Shown piece by piece: positions 1 through 10,213 of a stretch of 61,961 nt of DNA. The notes under the pieces were generated by a model, which had not been told where the DNA came from, searched no databases, and worked only from the letters and a program-made list of their open reading frames with translations. The number at the start of each line of letters is the position of its first letter. The first letter of the stretch is position 1. Location of the stretch: NCBI GenBank assembly GCA_964499705.1, contig CAZCME010000025.1, positions 1 through 61,961 of the forward strand. Direction: 5' to 3'. This stretch comes from an uncultured bacterium (GTDB lineage: Bacteria; UBA8481). The position numbers and the translations under genes were made by a program.

Positions 1-37
1 CGGGGCGGTCCTTTCTACTTTGCAGAAGCGGAACTTA

Positions 38-523
38 CTACTTTGCGCGTACAGACATTCCCGCCGAGTCGGCCGCGCCATCCGCCGCGTCAAGCCGGAG
101 GATATCGAGCCTGGCATTCTGGAGGCGCAGGCGCGTGCGCGCGCGTTCCTCCGCGCACCGCGCGATCTCCTCCCTGCAGGCGTTCCGCACGCGCCGTGCC
201 TCGCGCGAGAACGCGCTCGCGGAATCATACTGGCGCTCCGCGTCAAACGGAGACCAGAGATTCTGCTCGACCTCCGCGAGATCGCTCTTCCTTCGTTCCG
301 CTCCCGCCTGCGCGATCAGCTCGTATCGCCGCGTCTCCAGCTCGGCTTCCACCCGGCGAATCCGGTCCGCCGCGATTCGCGCTCTTTCTTCCGCGATCCG
401 GCTTTCCAACGAGGTGACGTTAGCGTTATCGGGCAAGGGGCCGTTGTCCGCTCTAGCGGAATGCGCGGCCGCGATGAGGAGGACCATCATCGCGTAAAGC
501 ATGAATCGGTTCAGGTGTTTCAT
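38..523 (-). CDS. Secreted hypothetical protein (signal peptide, helical/coiled-coil)
   Basis: 161-aa ORF with an N-terminal signal peptide (MKHLNRFMLYAMMVLLIAAAHSARA) and an R/E/A-rich helical body. It lies downstream of the ABC operon on the same strand. Confidence 0.6.
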   Translation of the reverse strand: MKHLNRFMLYAMMVLLIAAAHSARADNGPLPDNANVTSLESRIAEERARIAADRIRRVEAELETRRYELIAQAGAERRKSDLAEVEQNLWSPFDAERQYDSASAFSREARRVRNACREEIARCAEERARTRLRLQNARLDILRLDAADGAADSAGMSVRAK

Positions 524-573
524 CTGGCCGGCATTCTATCGAGCGGGATCGTCCGCTTCATCTGTTATTCCTC

Positions 574-2094
574 TTATGAGCGGAATCTCCACGCCCCCGC
601 GTTCGATAATCCCCAGTGCGCGAACACGGTGAAGATCATGCTCCAGAAGAGCACGAGGAAGAGCCAGGCACAGAGCGCGGACCAGGGAGCAAAAAACGAG
701 ATCACGCCGCAGCAGAGAAATGTCAACGCCATGCTCACGGTGCCGGAACCAGCCGCTGCGAATCCCCAGAGGCTGACGCGCATCTTCTCGGCGGCCGCAG
801 GGAACGATTCCCGGCAGTAGACCGCGAACGCGCCCGCCCCGAGGCTGACGGGCACGATCGTCACGATACATCGGATGAAGAGGGATACGGGCAGGTCAAG
901 CTTCACCTCCGGCTGGATCCGCGCGATCACGAGGTTAAGCAGGCAGAGCAGAACGCCCGCGGAGAAGAGGAGCAGCATCGTGAAGAGCCCGGTTCCAAGG
1001 GCGCGGCCTGTCGTGTATTCGGCGCGTCGCACCGGCAGATACGAGATGAAATGTTCCGGCCGGCCGCTTCCTTCCAGGTGCCCACTCACGGTATTCATGA
1101 TGAGGATGAGCGGCATCAATAAAAGCGCTGTCGCAAGGCCTCCGATCACACCCGCGGCCGAACCTTCCGCGCCATGGATGCCGTAGCCGCACACGCCGCC
1201 CATGAGCGCATAAAGTACGGAGATGGTAAGTCCTCCCATGACGAACTGGTTGCTTCTCAAGATGGCGCGCACCTCATTCATGCAGGCCAGCATCCATGGC
1301 TTACGAGGCAAACCCTCCTGTTGTCTCCGTCCCAGCGTGACGATCATGGAATCGCGCCTGGCTATTTCGCTGCCGTGGGGCATGTAGGCGTGGATGAAGA
1401 AATATTCGGCGAGCATGTAGCACCCGGCGAGAGAGACGATGTGAACGAGCCACAGGGAGGGATGCCGGTACGAGGCCGTCGAGAGAGCCAGGAGCTCGTG
1501 GAGAAGATACGGAAGGAATTTCATGATCGAGATTATTCCGGCGATGAGAAGAGCGATCACGCCGCTTGCTTTTCGCGGGTTCCACACCCATAGCCCGCTC
1601 AACGCCGACCAGAGGGAGACGCTGGCGAGGAGCACCGCCGGGACGGAAAAAACGGCGATCGCCATGACGTGGAGAACGACGGATCGCTCCTCGGAAAAGT
1701 CGAGCATGGCGCGCGCGCCCACGGCGGCGATCAGCTTCAGGAGGAATGAAATACCGGTGAAGCCCTGGCGGAGCTGGATCCAGAAGAGGACTCGATCGGA
1801 TACAGGGAAGGTTCGGAGGTGACGCAGCGTGGGAATGAGATGCGGCGAAAAAAGAACGGCCGGACCGGAGACGAAGGCGATCATGACAAGGAATCCGATC
1901 ACAGCGCCCCCCAGTGCGTAGAGCGCGGGACCCAGATTGGAGAGGGGAGTCAGGAGACATGCCAGGATCATCACGAGGAAATAGGCGCGGAGGATTTTTC
2001 TCCGGAGCGGCGTGACTCCCATGGTTTCGGCCGCGTTGCAGGCGAGCCGCCTGGCGGCGCGCTCATAGGCCCGCATGAGATCGAGGTCGTTCAT
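574..2094 (-). CDS. Polytopic membrane protein, probable ABC exporter permease
   Basis: 506 aa with about 12 hydrophobic segments in two halves. Its start overlaps the stop of the upstream ABC ATPase (ATGA). Confidence 0.7.
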   Translation of the reverse strand: MNDLDLMRAYERAARRLACNAAETMGVTPLRRKILRAYFLVMILACLLTPLSNLGPALYALGGAVIGFLVMIAFVSGPAVLFSPHLIPTLRHLRTFPVSDRVLFWIQLRQGFTGISFLLKLIAAVGARAMLDFSEERSVVLHVMAIAVFSVPAVLLASVSLWSALSGLWVWNPRKASGVIALLIAGIISIMKFLPYLLHELLALSTASYRHPSLWLVHIVSLAGCYMLAEYFFIHAYMPHGSEIARRDSMIVTLGRRQQEGLPRKPWMLACMNEVRAILRSNQFVMGGLTISVLYALMGGVCGYGIHGAEGSAAGVIGGLATALLLMPLILIMNTVSGHLEGSGRPEHFISYLPVRRAEYTTGRALGTGLFTMLLLFSAGVLLCLLNLVIARIQPEVKLDLPVSLFIRCIVTIVPVSLGAGAFAVYCRESFPAAAEKMRVSLWGFAAAGSGTVSMALTFLCCGVISFFAPWSALCAWLFLVLFWSMIFTVFAHWGLSNAGAWRFRS

Positions 2095-2837
2095 ACCAAT
2101 GTCGCCCAGCTTTCCTCCTGATGCATGCCGAGCAGATGGAAGAAGGCGCGCTCGAGATCTCCGTCGCCATGCCGCGCGATCTCCGCCGTGGTCCCGTCGG
2201 CGATCAGCCTGCCCTCGCGCACGACGAAGACCTTGTCCGCGATTTTTTCCGCGTCGCCGATCAGGTGGGTCGACAACAGGACGGCGCCTCCTCCGTGGCG
2301 GAAGGCGCGGAGCATTTCCGCGACCGCCCGTGCTCCGGGCGGATCCAGGTTCGCCGTGGGCTCATCGAGGAGCAGAACTTTCGGCCGATGAAGGAGGGCG
2401 GCCGCGAGCCCGAGCCGCTGCTTCATCCCCATGGAATAGGCGCGGACAAGTCCTTTCGCGTCGGCGAGTTCGAAGCGCTTGAGGAGCATATCGATCCGGG
2501 AGGATGATTCCGCGCGATCGAGCCCCCGGAGATCTGCGCAGAGTTCGAGATACTCCCGGCCCTTCAGGAAATCCAGCAGCCCCCATTCCTCGGGAAGAAA
2601 TCCCGTGACGCGCTTGACGTCGAGGGGATGTGTCCTTGTGGAAAATCCGGCGACCTCCGCATCGCCCGCGCTGGGCGTCAACGTGCCGAGTATCATCCGA
2701 AGCGTTGTCGTCTTGCCTGCTCCGTTCGGGCCCAGCAGGAGAGCGATCTCGCCGGCCTTCACTTCGAGATCGAGCCCGTCCACCGCGTTTTTCGTTCCGA
2801 AGCGGCGCGTCAATCCCCGCGTCCTTATGAGTGTCAT
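2091..2837 (-). CDS. ABC transporter ATP-binding protein (exporter type)
   Basis: Walker A GPNGAGKTT, signature YSMGMKQ, Walker B LLLDEP and H-loop STH. The real start is MTLIRTRGL at 2837, with GGAGG upstream and an ATGA overlap with the previous gene. Confidence 0.95.
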   Translation of the reverse strand: MTLIRTRGLTRRFGTKNAVDGLDLEVKAGEIALLLGPNGAGKTTTLRMILGTLTPSAGDAEVAGFSTRTHPLDVKRVTGFLPEEWGLLDFLKGREYLELCADLRGLDRAESSSRIDMLLKRFELADAKGLVRAYSMGMKQRLGLAAALLHRPKVLLLDEPTANLDPPGARAVAEMLRAFRHGGGAVLLSTHLIGDAEKIADKVFVVREGRLIADGTTAEIARHGDGDLERAFFHLLGMHQEESWATLV

Positions 2838-5419
2838 CCGAAATTCCTCCCCAGGAGATTCATCACGATGACGATCAGGAGATTGAACGTTCCGTGAACC
2901 AGCACGGTTGCCAGAAGGCCGTGTCGCCGCATGACTTCTCCCAGGACCATGGCCAGTCCCGTTACGTGCAGGAATTTCCACCACTCGGGCTGCACCATGC
3001 CCGCGTGGGCCAGGGCCCACAGTACTCCGATCGCCAGGGACGCCAGTCCCCACGCGCCGGTCGCCTTCCACCGCGCGCGGCGGCCGCCGATCATGAGGAA
3101 GATGAGCGGCAGAAAAAATCCCCGGCAGAGGATCTCCTCCCGGATTGCCGCCAGAATCAGCATCAGGGCCACGGGAATTGTCAGGGTATCCGCCGACATG
3201 AGGATTCCCAGCTCGCCGCCAGCAGGATTCGTCTCGAACCATTTCATCAGCTCGGAAACCCGGGGAGGAGAGAGCGCCATCAGGAGGAGTGTCCATGCGA
3301 TGCAGGCGACGGTGGCCAGCGCGGCCACCGCGAGGGAAATGCCCCGGCCGGGCCGGCGGAAAATTCCCGTGCCGGCGGCGCGCGCCAGCGCGATGCCGGA
3401 GACGACAACCAGCAGGTCGCGGATCACCGCCGCGATGGTGAGGAGCCAGGACGTGTTCGCATGGACCTGGTCCGACGAGAGGACGAGAAGTGCCTGCAGG
3501 ATGAAGATCGATCCCGCCGCCAGCAGGGCGGGAAACATCGCGCGATCCACGCCGCGCCGCCGCGAGTACGTCAGGAGCGCGAGCACGGATCCTCCGGAAA
3601 CGGCGGCAAGCCAGACGACGAAACTCATCAGGAGCGCGGGTTCCCGTCTGATATGGACGATCGACCTTTCCTGGAAATTCGCCGTCACGGAGTCGCCCCA
3701 TCGGGCGCGCAATCGATCGTAACCTTCGAGGGATCCCATGAGGGAATGGCGCCGGAGAAGGTCACCGGCGAGCTCAGCGGCCTCGCCGGATTCCCGGCGC
3801 ACGTGCGCCAGGAGCGCTTCCGCGTCTTCGATTCGATCCGCCTGGAACAACTTCCAAGCAACGGCCAGCCGCAGGTTCTCCGCGCGCGTGTCGATGGAAG
3901 AATGAGCGATCGAATCGCGCCAGGCGATATCGAGCGCGACATACGAGTCGAGGGCGCGAGTCCTGTCGAAGAGAGCCAGGAGGTCGAGCACTGTCGCGAA
4001 CCGGGATGCGGAATCAGACATCAACTGTGCCTGTAATTCCCCGATCCGGTCGGTGTCGCTCGGATAGGGCTTGGTGCGGATCCGTGCGATGGCGCCGGCG
4101 ATCAGCGGAGGCGCGTGCGATGACCGGCGAGGTTTCAGGTTCTTACGCAGAATCAGGTCCGCGGCGCGGAAAGCGATCAGTGACGTATCGCCTCGCGATA
4201 TCACGGAATCCATAAGCTCTCGCGCTCCTTCGCGATCACCCCGCCATGATCGAAATATGGAGGCATAAGACATCGCGGCGGAGAGATCGTCGGAATCGGG
4301 CATGGCGTGGAAATATTGCGTCTCGTCGATTTCGCCGAGAAAATAGTCGATCCTGCTGGCTCGCGCGGACGTCGAGTCGAAATAAGGCGATCTTCGCGCC
4401 AGGCGAAGCACCGAATCAGCGGCGGCATCGTGGCCGGCGAGACGCAGGGTGATGCCGGCCCGCGTCGCGTTATGGTTCCAGGATGAGGTTCCCTGCAGGG
4501 GACGCAGGTAGGCGAGCGAAGCGGAATCGAATTCTCCCCGTGCAAGGTGCGCGAGCCATTGTCCTTCCCGCGCCCCGCTATAGGCGGAATCGATCCGATC
4601 CAGGCGGGCGTAGAGTCCGAGCGCCCGGTCAACATTCCCCCGCGCGGCTTGCGCCGATCCGTGGGTCGCGAGATAGGGTTTCAGGATCCAAGTCTCCAAT
4701 AACGGTTCGATCCGGGCCATATCTTCCGCTGCCCGGATCACTTCGTCATGGCGATCCAGCACGTACCAGTCGATAATTCGATTCCAATGAGCGGCGGTAT
4801 CCCCCGGGTATCGGGCGAGCCAATCCTCCGCAAGTCGCGCGGCGCTTTCAGAGTTATTCTCGTCATAGAAGCTTTCCCGCAGTTTCCGAAAGACGCGCGT
4901 ATCGCCGGGAAATCTGCTCATCAGGAGATCGGACAGGCGGTCGGTCCGCCGGTGGCCGTTGCGGCTCTCGTAGAGGTCGGCGATCAGGGAACCGATGTTC
5001 GTGTCGTCCGGCGCATGAAGCAGGTAATCCGCGATCTCCGCGATCGCCGAATCATCCTGCTTTTCGGTGACGTGAACGTGAATGATCCAGCTGCGAGGTC
5101 CCCAGAGTAAAGGATTGCGCCGCCGCGCTTCGAACCAATCCGCCATGGCCGCATCCGTATCGCCCAGCTTGAACCACGCATACGCACGGTCGACATAAGC
5201 CGTCTCGGTCGGCGCGATATCGATGAGGCGCGAATTGAGGAAGACATCCACGCGATCATCCAACTGCCCATCGAGCATCGCGAGATTCCGTTCCGGAGCC
5301 ATTCGCTCGTGATGGTTCCAGAGAAGGTACCCAGCGGCCGGAACGAGAATCGCCACGGCGAATGACAGCGCACGGCGCAAAGTGATCGACGGGATTCGGG
5401 GAGAATCGTTTAACGCCAC
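2834..5419 (-). CDS. TPR-repeat protein fused to a C-terminal CPBP (Abi/CAAX-type) intramembrane metalloprotease
   Basis: N-terminal TM anchor and long TPR-like helical repeats, followed by TM segments carrying CPBP motifs REEILCRG, WALAH and HGTFN. Confidence 0.8.
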   Translation of the reverse strand: MALNDSPRIPSITLRRALSFAVAILVPAAGYLLWNHHERMAPERNLAMLDGQLDDRVDVFLNSRLIDIAPTETAYVDRAYAWFKLGDTDAAMADWFEARRRNPLLWGPRSWIIHVHVTEKQDDSAIAEIADYLLHAPDDTNIGSLIADLYESRNGHRRTDRLSDLLMSRFPGDTRVFRKLRESFYDENNSESAARLAEDWLARYPGDTAAHWNRIIDWYVLDRHDEVIRAAEDMARIEPLLETWILKPYLATHGSAQAARGNVDRALGLYARLDRIDSAYSGAREGQWLAHLARGEFDSASLAYLRPLQGTSSWNHNATRAGITLRLAGHDAAADSVLRLARRSPYFDSTSARASRIDYFLGEIDETQYFHAMPDSDDLSAAMSYASIFRSWRGDREGARELMDSVISRGDTSLIAFRAADLILRKNLKPRRSSHAPPLIAGAIARIRTKPYPSDTDRIGELQAQLMSDSASRFATVLDLLALFDRTRALDSYVALDIAWRDSIAHSSIDTRAENLRLAVAWKLFQADRIEDAEALLAHVRRESGEAAELAGDLLRRHSLMGSLEGYDRLRARWGDSVTANFQERSIVHIRREPALLMSFVVWLAAVSGGSVLALLTYSRRRGVDRAMFPALLAAGSIFILQALLVLSSDQVHANTSWLLTIAAVIRDLLVVVSGIALARAAGTGIFRRPGRGISLAVAALATVACIAWTLLLMALSPPRVSELMKWFETNPAGGELGILMSADTLTIPVALMLILAAIREEILCRGFFLPLIFLMIGGRRARWKATGAWGLASLAIGVLWALAHAGMVQPEWWKFLHVTGLAMVLGEVMRRHGLLATVLVHGTFNLLIVIVMNLLGRNFG

Positions 5420-5482
5420 GAAGGTGTTATAACTGCATGCCGAGGGTGACGTCGAGGGGAAAACAGATGTAACCTTCTCTTC

Positions 5483-8086
5483 ATGGAGGACACGAGCGAG
5501 ACGGAGGATGCGGGCGCTCCAACCGGCGAGGGGATTCCATCACCGCGCGTGATCGAGTCGGCGCCCGCACTTGTTCCACTGCCCCGGACCGGGCCGATCG
5601 ATCTCCTCGCCGCGCACTACGATCGGCTCATCCTGTTCCTCCTGATGGCGCAGTATTTCTTCGTCCATCTCGTTTTCACGACGTACACACAGAATATTCT
5701 CATCCTGAAGGATCTGTCCGCGCCCTTCTTCTCCCTGTTGATCCTCTGCACCTGGATGTTGGGCGACCTTGCGCGACATGGGAAATGGGAGCTTCCGAAA
5801 AACTCGTTCGTGACGGTCTCCGTGATCCTGCTTTTGTACTGGAGCGTCCTGGTGTATTTGCAGCCCGCGACGGCGATGGGCCTGGAACAGTGGGGCAAGC
5901 TGTGCGGAGGATTCATCCAGGCGTGGGCGATTTTGCGGTTCGCGGACACGATTCCCCGGATCGGCTTGATCGTGGGGACGATCATCTTCGCCAATGCGCT
6001 CTCGACGGGCTACGCCCTCACGCAATTGAGCGGCAACGATTTTCTTGTGATGCTGAACTTGATTCCGGATTGGGGATCCAGCGTCCTGACTTCGACGCAG
6101 GGCTGTCCGTGCCGAACGGCGGAATCGATCGTCATGATCCTGCCGGTCCTGCTCGGATGCCGGTGCCTGATCGATCGAACAATCGGGCGATGGATCGTTT
6201 GTCTGCTGGTCGCTGCGAACGTTTATGTGCTGTTGCACACGGCGCTCTACGCCGCCTATATCTCCTTCGTTCTCTTTGCCGTTCTTGCAGCGACCTATGA
6301 GGCGCGCGCTTTCTGGAATCGTCGTGGGGGAACAGGCGGTTGGAACAGGCGAATCGCGACCGGAATGGCTGCGGTTACCGGATTTGTGCTGGTCGTGATG
6401 CTGATAGGATGCGTCAGGATGAGGAGTTTCGGCGATGGCGACGCGATCGGATCCTATTCGATGGGCATTCGATCCGCTCTCGATATATTAAAATATCCGT
6501 TCCAGCTTTATGTGTTGAGCGACGGCGGCGAAGAAGGCGTCCGGCAGGAATTCGCAAGGATGGCATTGGAGGGAGGACTGCGCAATCCCATCCTCGGCCG
6601 GGGGCCGGGTACGTTCAATTACCTGATGCCCGAAACAAGGATGTCCGGGTATCACCGCCTGGGAATATCGCATAACACCGATCATCCTCATAATGAACCG
6701 CTCGTCTGGTTCCATGACTCGGGCGTCCTCGGCCTCTCGCTCTTCTGGCTCATGTATGTTGTCTTTGTGAGATCATGTATCCCCGGTCTCGGAAGATCGT
6801 ATGGTTATCGTCTGGCCCCCCTCCGGTTTTACCTTCTGCTGAGCCCGCTGCTTTTTCTGCTCGCTGAAACTTTCGGGACCGACTATCGCGATTCCAGCCA
6901 GTCGACGATTCACTGGACCATGTTCGGGCTGGCTCTGGCCGTCGGTCGAATCGGCGGCAGGTCGGATGTGCCTGCGGAGACATATCGATGGCGCAGCATG
7001 CTCGCGCCGCGTGCTCCGGCATTCCTCGCGCTGGGGACTTTGTTCACCGTCCTGGCCGGAATGTATCTGGCATTCGCGCAAAACATCTGGCTCGCGGACC
7101 ATCATCTCCGGAACAACATGGCGTTTACGGACGCGAACCAGGGGAGCATCCAGAGCGCGCTACGGGAGGCGGATGCGGCGCGCGAACTTAATCCGAGCAA
7201 TACATCGAACTATTACAAGCTCGCTTACACGTATCTTGTCGCGGGTCAACGCGAAGACGCCATGAATTCCTATCGCGACCTCCAGAGCTTCGCGCCGAAT
7301 TATGCCCAGATCCATATCAATCTCGCTTTCCTGAACGACCAGATGGGATTTCGGACGGCGTCGGCCTGGGAGCGCGACCGCGCGGCCGCGCTCGAAAACA
7401 ACATCAAGAATCACCGCGATGCGGCGCAGTACTGGCTCGGGCTCGGTAAGATGAGCCGCGCTCTGGGGCACATGAGATACGGCCTCACCTTCGAACATGA
7501 GCGGCTGGAGAATGGCTACTACTTCTGGTATGACGAGGACAACATCCGAGCGGAACTGGCGCGGATCTACATGAGTGTTGGAGACAGTCGGGTTGCGGAA
7601 CGCGAACTTCAGGAAGCGCTGCAGAGAAATCCGAACAATGTCCTGGCGGCGGTTCTGCTGACTCAACTCTTCGCCGGAGAGGACCGTCACGCGCAGACCG
7701 CGCGGCTCGAAGCGATGCTCCAGAATCTCGCGCCTTCCAATCCCGCGCTGCTAGTCATGAAGATGTCCCGCGCCGTTGCTGAGAAAAAATACACCGCCGC
7801 ATTGAGATGGGCGGATGAAGCTTCCGCCGGACTGCCGCTTCCGGCGCGAGGCTCTCAACCTACTCAGGAAGCCGCGAATCTCGGTAACTCGCTGCTCGCC
7901 TTCCTCCAGGTGCTCTTCGCCGCCGAGTTCGATCGGACAAGATGCCTCGAGATCGCGGGGTGGGTTTACGCGACCCAGGCGAGATATCCGGAGGCGGAAC
8001 AGTTTCTCGCGAGGGCTTATCAGGAAATGCGCGATGCGAGGACCGGTGAGCGGTTGGGTCAGGTGCGAGCACGCCGGCAGGACTGA
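5483..8086 (+). CDS. O-antigen ligase-like (Wzy_C) membrane protein with C-terminal TPR repeats
   Basis: About 12 TM segments, PILGRGPGTF and HPHNE motifs typical of the O-antigen ligase/oligosaccharyltransferase family, and a TPR-like C-terminal third. Confidence 0.8.
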   Translation: MEDTSETEDAGAPTGEGIPSPRVIESAPALVPLPRTGPIDLLAAHYDRLILFLLMAQYFFVHLVFTTYTQNILILKDLSAPFFSLLILCTWMLGDLARHGKWELPKNSFVTVSVILLLYWSVLVYLQPATAMGLEQWGKLCGGFIQAWAILRFADTIPRIGLIVGTIIFANALSTGYALTQLSGNDFLVMLNLIPDWGSSVLTSTQGCPCRTAESIVMILPVLLGCRCLIDRTIGRWIVCLLVAANVYVLLHTALYAAYISFVLFAVLAATYEARAFWNRRGGTGGWNRRIATGMAAVTGFVLVVMLIGCVRMRSFGDGDAIGSYSMGIRSALDILKYPFQLYVLSDGGEEGVRQEFARMALEGGLRNPILGRGPGTFNYLMPETRMSGYHRLGISHNTDHPHNEPLVWFHDSGVLGLSLFWLMYVVFVRSCIPGLGRSYGYRLAPLRFYLLLSPLLFLLAETFGTDYRDSSQSTIHWTMFGLALAVGRIGGRSDVPAETYRWRSMLAPRAPAFLALGTLFTVLAGMYLAFAQNIWLADHHLRNNMAFTDANQGSIQSALREADAARELNPSNTSNYYKLAYTYLVAGQREDAMNSYRDLQSFAPNYAQIHINLAFLNDQMGFRTASAWERDRAAALENNIKNHRDAAQYWLGLGKMSRALGHMRYGLTFEHERLENGYYFWYDEDNIRAELARIYMSVGDSRVAERELQEALQRNPNNVLAAVLLTQLFAGEDRHAQTARLEAMLQNLAPSNPALLVMKMSRAVAEKKYTAALRWADEASAGLPLPARGSQPTQEAANLGNSLLAFLQVLFAAEFDRTRCLEIAGWVYATQARYPEAEQFLARAYQEMRDARTGERLGQVRARRQD

Positions 8087-8120
8087 TCATCGAACGCGAA
8101 ATACTCCCTATCCAAAAATA

Positions 8121-8281
8121 TTAACAGGATGAACAGGATAGGCAGGATCGATTCAGGGCAGAATTGAAGGTAATGTAGTTCTGTTATCGGCGAGTGGTTA
8201 TATTTGAGGTGGCATGTAAGGATATTTATGGTAGCGGATTCCATCAACTCCAAATCCTGCCCATCCTGCCCATCCTGTTAA
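8121..8281. repeat. Palindromic intergenic element, copy 1 (28-bp imperfect terminal inverted repeats built from 9-bp CAGGAT-containing units)
   Basis: The left arm ttaacaggatgaacaggataggcaggat (8121-8148) pairs with atcctgcccatcctgcccatcctgttaa (8254-8281) around an AT-rich interior. A homologous copy lies at 57061-57182. Confidence 0.85.
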
Positions 8282-8326
8282 TTTCTCTCCATCAGATGGC
8301 GAACATCCCTGTCCCGCGTGTCCGGT

Positions 8327-8355
8327 TTGAAAGATGACGATCGATAGGGTAATAT
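8327..8355 (+). promoter_or_regulatory. Sigma70-like promoter of trpD (leaderless architecture)
   Basis: TTGAAA-N17-TAATAT, then 6 nt to the ATG at 8362, with no Shine-Dalgarno sequence. Confidence 0.65.
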
Positions 8356-8361
8356 CCCTCC

Positions 8362-9432
8362 ATGCCATCCCTAACAAACGATCCGCGATTCTTCGATCAC
8401 CTCGTCGAGATTGCCGGGCGCGGCGCGCTCTCGGAGGAGGAAGCCGCCTCGGCGATGGCCATGATGGCCGACGGAGTCGCTTCGCATGCGCAGATCAAGG
8501 CGTTTCTTCTGACTCCCGCGCTTTCCGTGGAGGAGGTCGATGCCGATACGCTGGCGGGTCTCGTGAAGGTCGTGCGATCGCGCGTCACGCGCCTTTCCGG
8601 AGTCACACGCTCGCCGCTGCTGGATACATGCGGTACCGGGGGCGGCGCCGCCACCTTCAACATTTCCACGGCGGCCGCGCTCCTGGTGGCCGCGTCCGCC
8701 GGTAACCATGGTGTCGCCAAGCACGGAAATCGCGCGGTTGCCTCCAGATCGGGTTCCGCCGACGTCCTGGAGCGAATGGGTGTGCCGATCGATCTCGATG
8801 CGGATGCCGCCGCCCGGGAGATCAACGCGCACGGTTTCGCTTTCCTCTTCGCGCAGAAGTATCACACGGCTTTCGCGCACGTCGGTCCGGTCCGCAGGGA
8901 ACTGGCCGCCGAAGGGCGGCGCACGGCCTTCAACTTCATCGGTCCGCTCGCGAATCCCGCGCTTGTCTCGCACCAGCTCATCGGGATCTTCCGCCCGGAG
9001 AAGCTCCGCGTCATCGCCGAAGTCATGGCGCGGATCGGCATCGAGGAAGGATACTGCATCGCAGGTCTGTCGGAATCCGGCGAACCGGTCGACGAGATTT
9101 CCCTGGCGGGCGAGACGAAGATGTTCCGGCTGAGCGGAGGTGTATTGACTGAGGAGACAATCCACCCCGGGGATGCCGGAATCGCATCCGCGCCCTTGTC
9201 GGAGCTCCGCGCAGCCGATGCGGCGGATTCCGCGCGGATCATCCGAACAATTCTCGCCGGCGAAGACTCGAAGGGACCCGCTGCGCGCGCCGTTCTTTTG
9301 AATGCCGCGGCCTGCTTCCGCCTGCTCGGTGAAACGTCCTGGAGAGTCGCGGCGGAACGCGCGGAGGAGACGCTGCGATCCGGAGCGGCGTCGAAACTGC
9401 TGGATGCCTTGTCCCGGAAGGATCGATCATGA
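8362..9432 (+). CDS. trpD: Anthranilate phosphoribosyltransferase
   Basis: Motifs DTCGTGG, FNISTAA, KHGNRAVASRSGSAD, RTAFNFIGPLANP and DEIS. Confidence 0.95.
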   Translation: MPSLTNDPRFFDHLVEIAGRGALSEEEAASAMAMMADGVASHAQIKAFLLTPALSVEEVDADTLAGLVKVVRSRVTRLSGVTRSPLLDTCGTGGGAATFNISTAAALLVAASAGNHGVAKHGNRAVASRSGSADVLERMGVPIDLDADAAAREINAHGFAFLFAQKYHTAFAHVGPVRRELAAEGRRTAFNFIGPLANPALVSHQLIGIFRPEKLRVIAEVMARIGIEEGYCIAGLSESGEPVDEISLAGETKMFRLSGGVLTEETIHPGDAGIASAPLSELRAADAADSARIIRTILAGEDSKGPAARAVLLNAAACFRLLGETSWRVAAERAEETLRSGAASKLLDALSRKDRS

Positions 9433-10175
9433 TGGAACGAAGCTCCTTATGCTGCCCGCACTGCGGCGCAATCGAGTCGGTCACGAGCGTCGTCTGCCAC
9501 AGGTGCGGGAAGATCATCCGGAAAGTCGCGGATACGGGGCGCGTTCCCGCGTTCCTCCTGCGCGAAGATGCGACGGTCAAGATCCTCCAGGTGGTTTACA
9601 CGGCGTTTTTTCTTCTCGCCCTGATGATGACGATCATGTCCGGCGGAACTCCGCTCGAAGCGCTCTGGCCGGGTGAAGCATTCAACGAGAGCATCGTCCG
9701 GCTCGGCTCCATGTACGGACCGATGCTCATCGCCAATGGCGAATGGTACCGGCTCCTTACCGCGACGTTTCTGCACGCGGGACTTCTGCATCTCCTCTTC
9801 AACTCCATGGCGCTCGGCGCGGTCGGGCCGGAAACGGAGAAGCAGGTCGGTCGATGGAGATTTCTCGTGACCTACCTGGTTTCCGGCGTCGCGGCGAACG
9901 CGGTCAGTCTCTTCTGGCATGGCGGAGCGATCCATCAGGTCGGAGCATCCGGCGCGATCTGCGGATTGATCGGCGCGCTGTACTCCATCGCGCGGATGCG
10001 CGGGGGCGTTTACGACCAGATCGTCCGCCGGATCGTGACCCGCTGGATCGTGATGACCGTTCTCTTCGGCCTGCTGGTTCCTTTCGTCGATAACGCCGCG
10101 CATATCTCCGGGATGATCGTCGGCGCTCTTCTGGCGCGACTGCTCGGATTGAAAAAGTCCGCCTGGGTCGTGTAG
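9429..10175 (+). CDS. Rhomboid family intramembrane serine protease with N-terminal zinc ribbon
   Basis: [16 protein letters not shown], catalytic GASG and AHISG; the N-terminus has CPHC...CHRC. Confidence 0.9.
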   Translation: MMERSSLCCPHCGAIESVTSVVCHRCGKIIRKVADTGRVPAFLLREDATVKILQVVYTAFFLLALMMTIMSGGTPLEALWPGEAFNESIVRLGSMYGPMLIANGEWYRLLTATFLHAGLLHLLFNSMALGAVGPETEKQVGRWRFLVTYLVSGVAANAVSLFWHGGAIHQVGASGAICGLIGALYSIARMRGGVYDQIVRRIVTRWIVMTVLFGLLVPFVDNAAHISGMIVGALLARLLGLKKSAWVV

Positions 10176-10178
10176 CTC

Positions 10179-10206
10179 TTGCCAATTCCTCCATCACCGG
10201 TAACAT
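10179..10206 (+). promoter_or_regulatory. Sigma70-like promoter (leaderless) of the B12-binding/meaB/mce operon
   Basis: TTGCCA-N16-TAACAT, then 7 nt to the ATG at 10214. Confidence 0.55.
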
Positions 10207-10213
10207 TTCCCCG

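Noticed and set aside
2838-3701. N-terminal 288 aa of the 536-aa ORF 2091-3701
   Set aside because: It overlaps the CPBP gene in another frame. The ABC domain starts at 2837 with an RBS and ATGA coupling.
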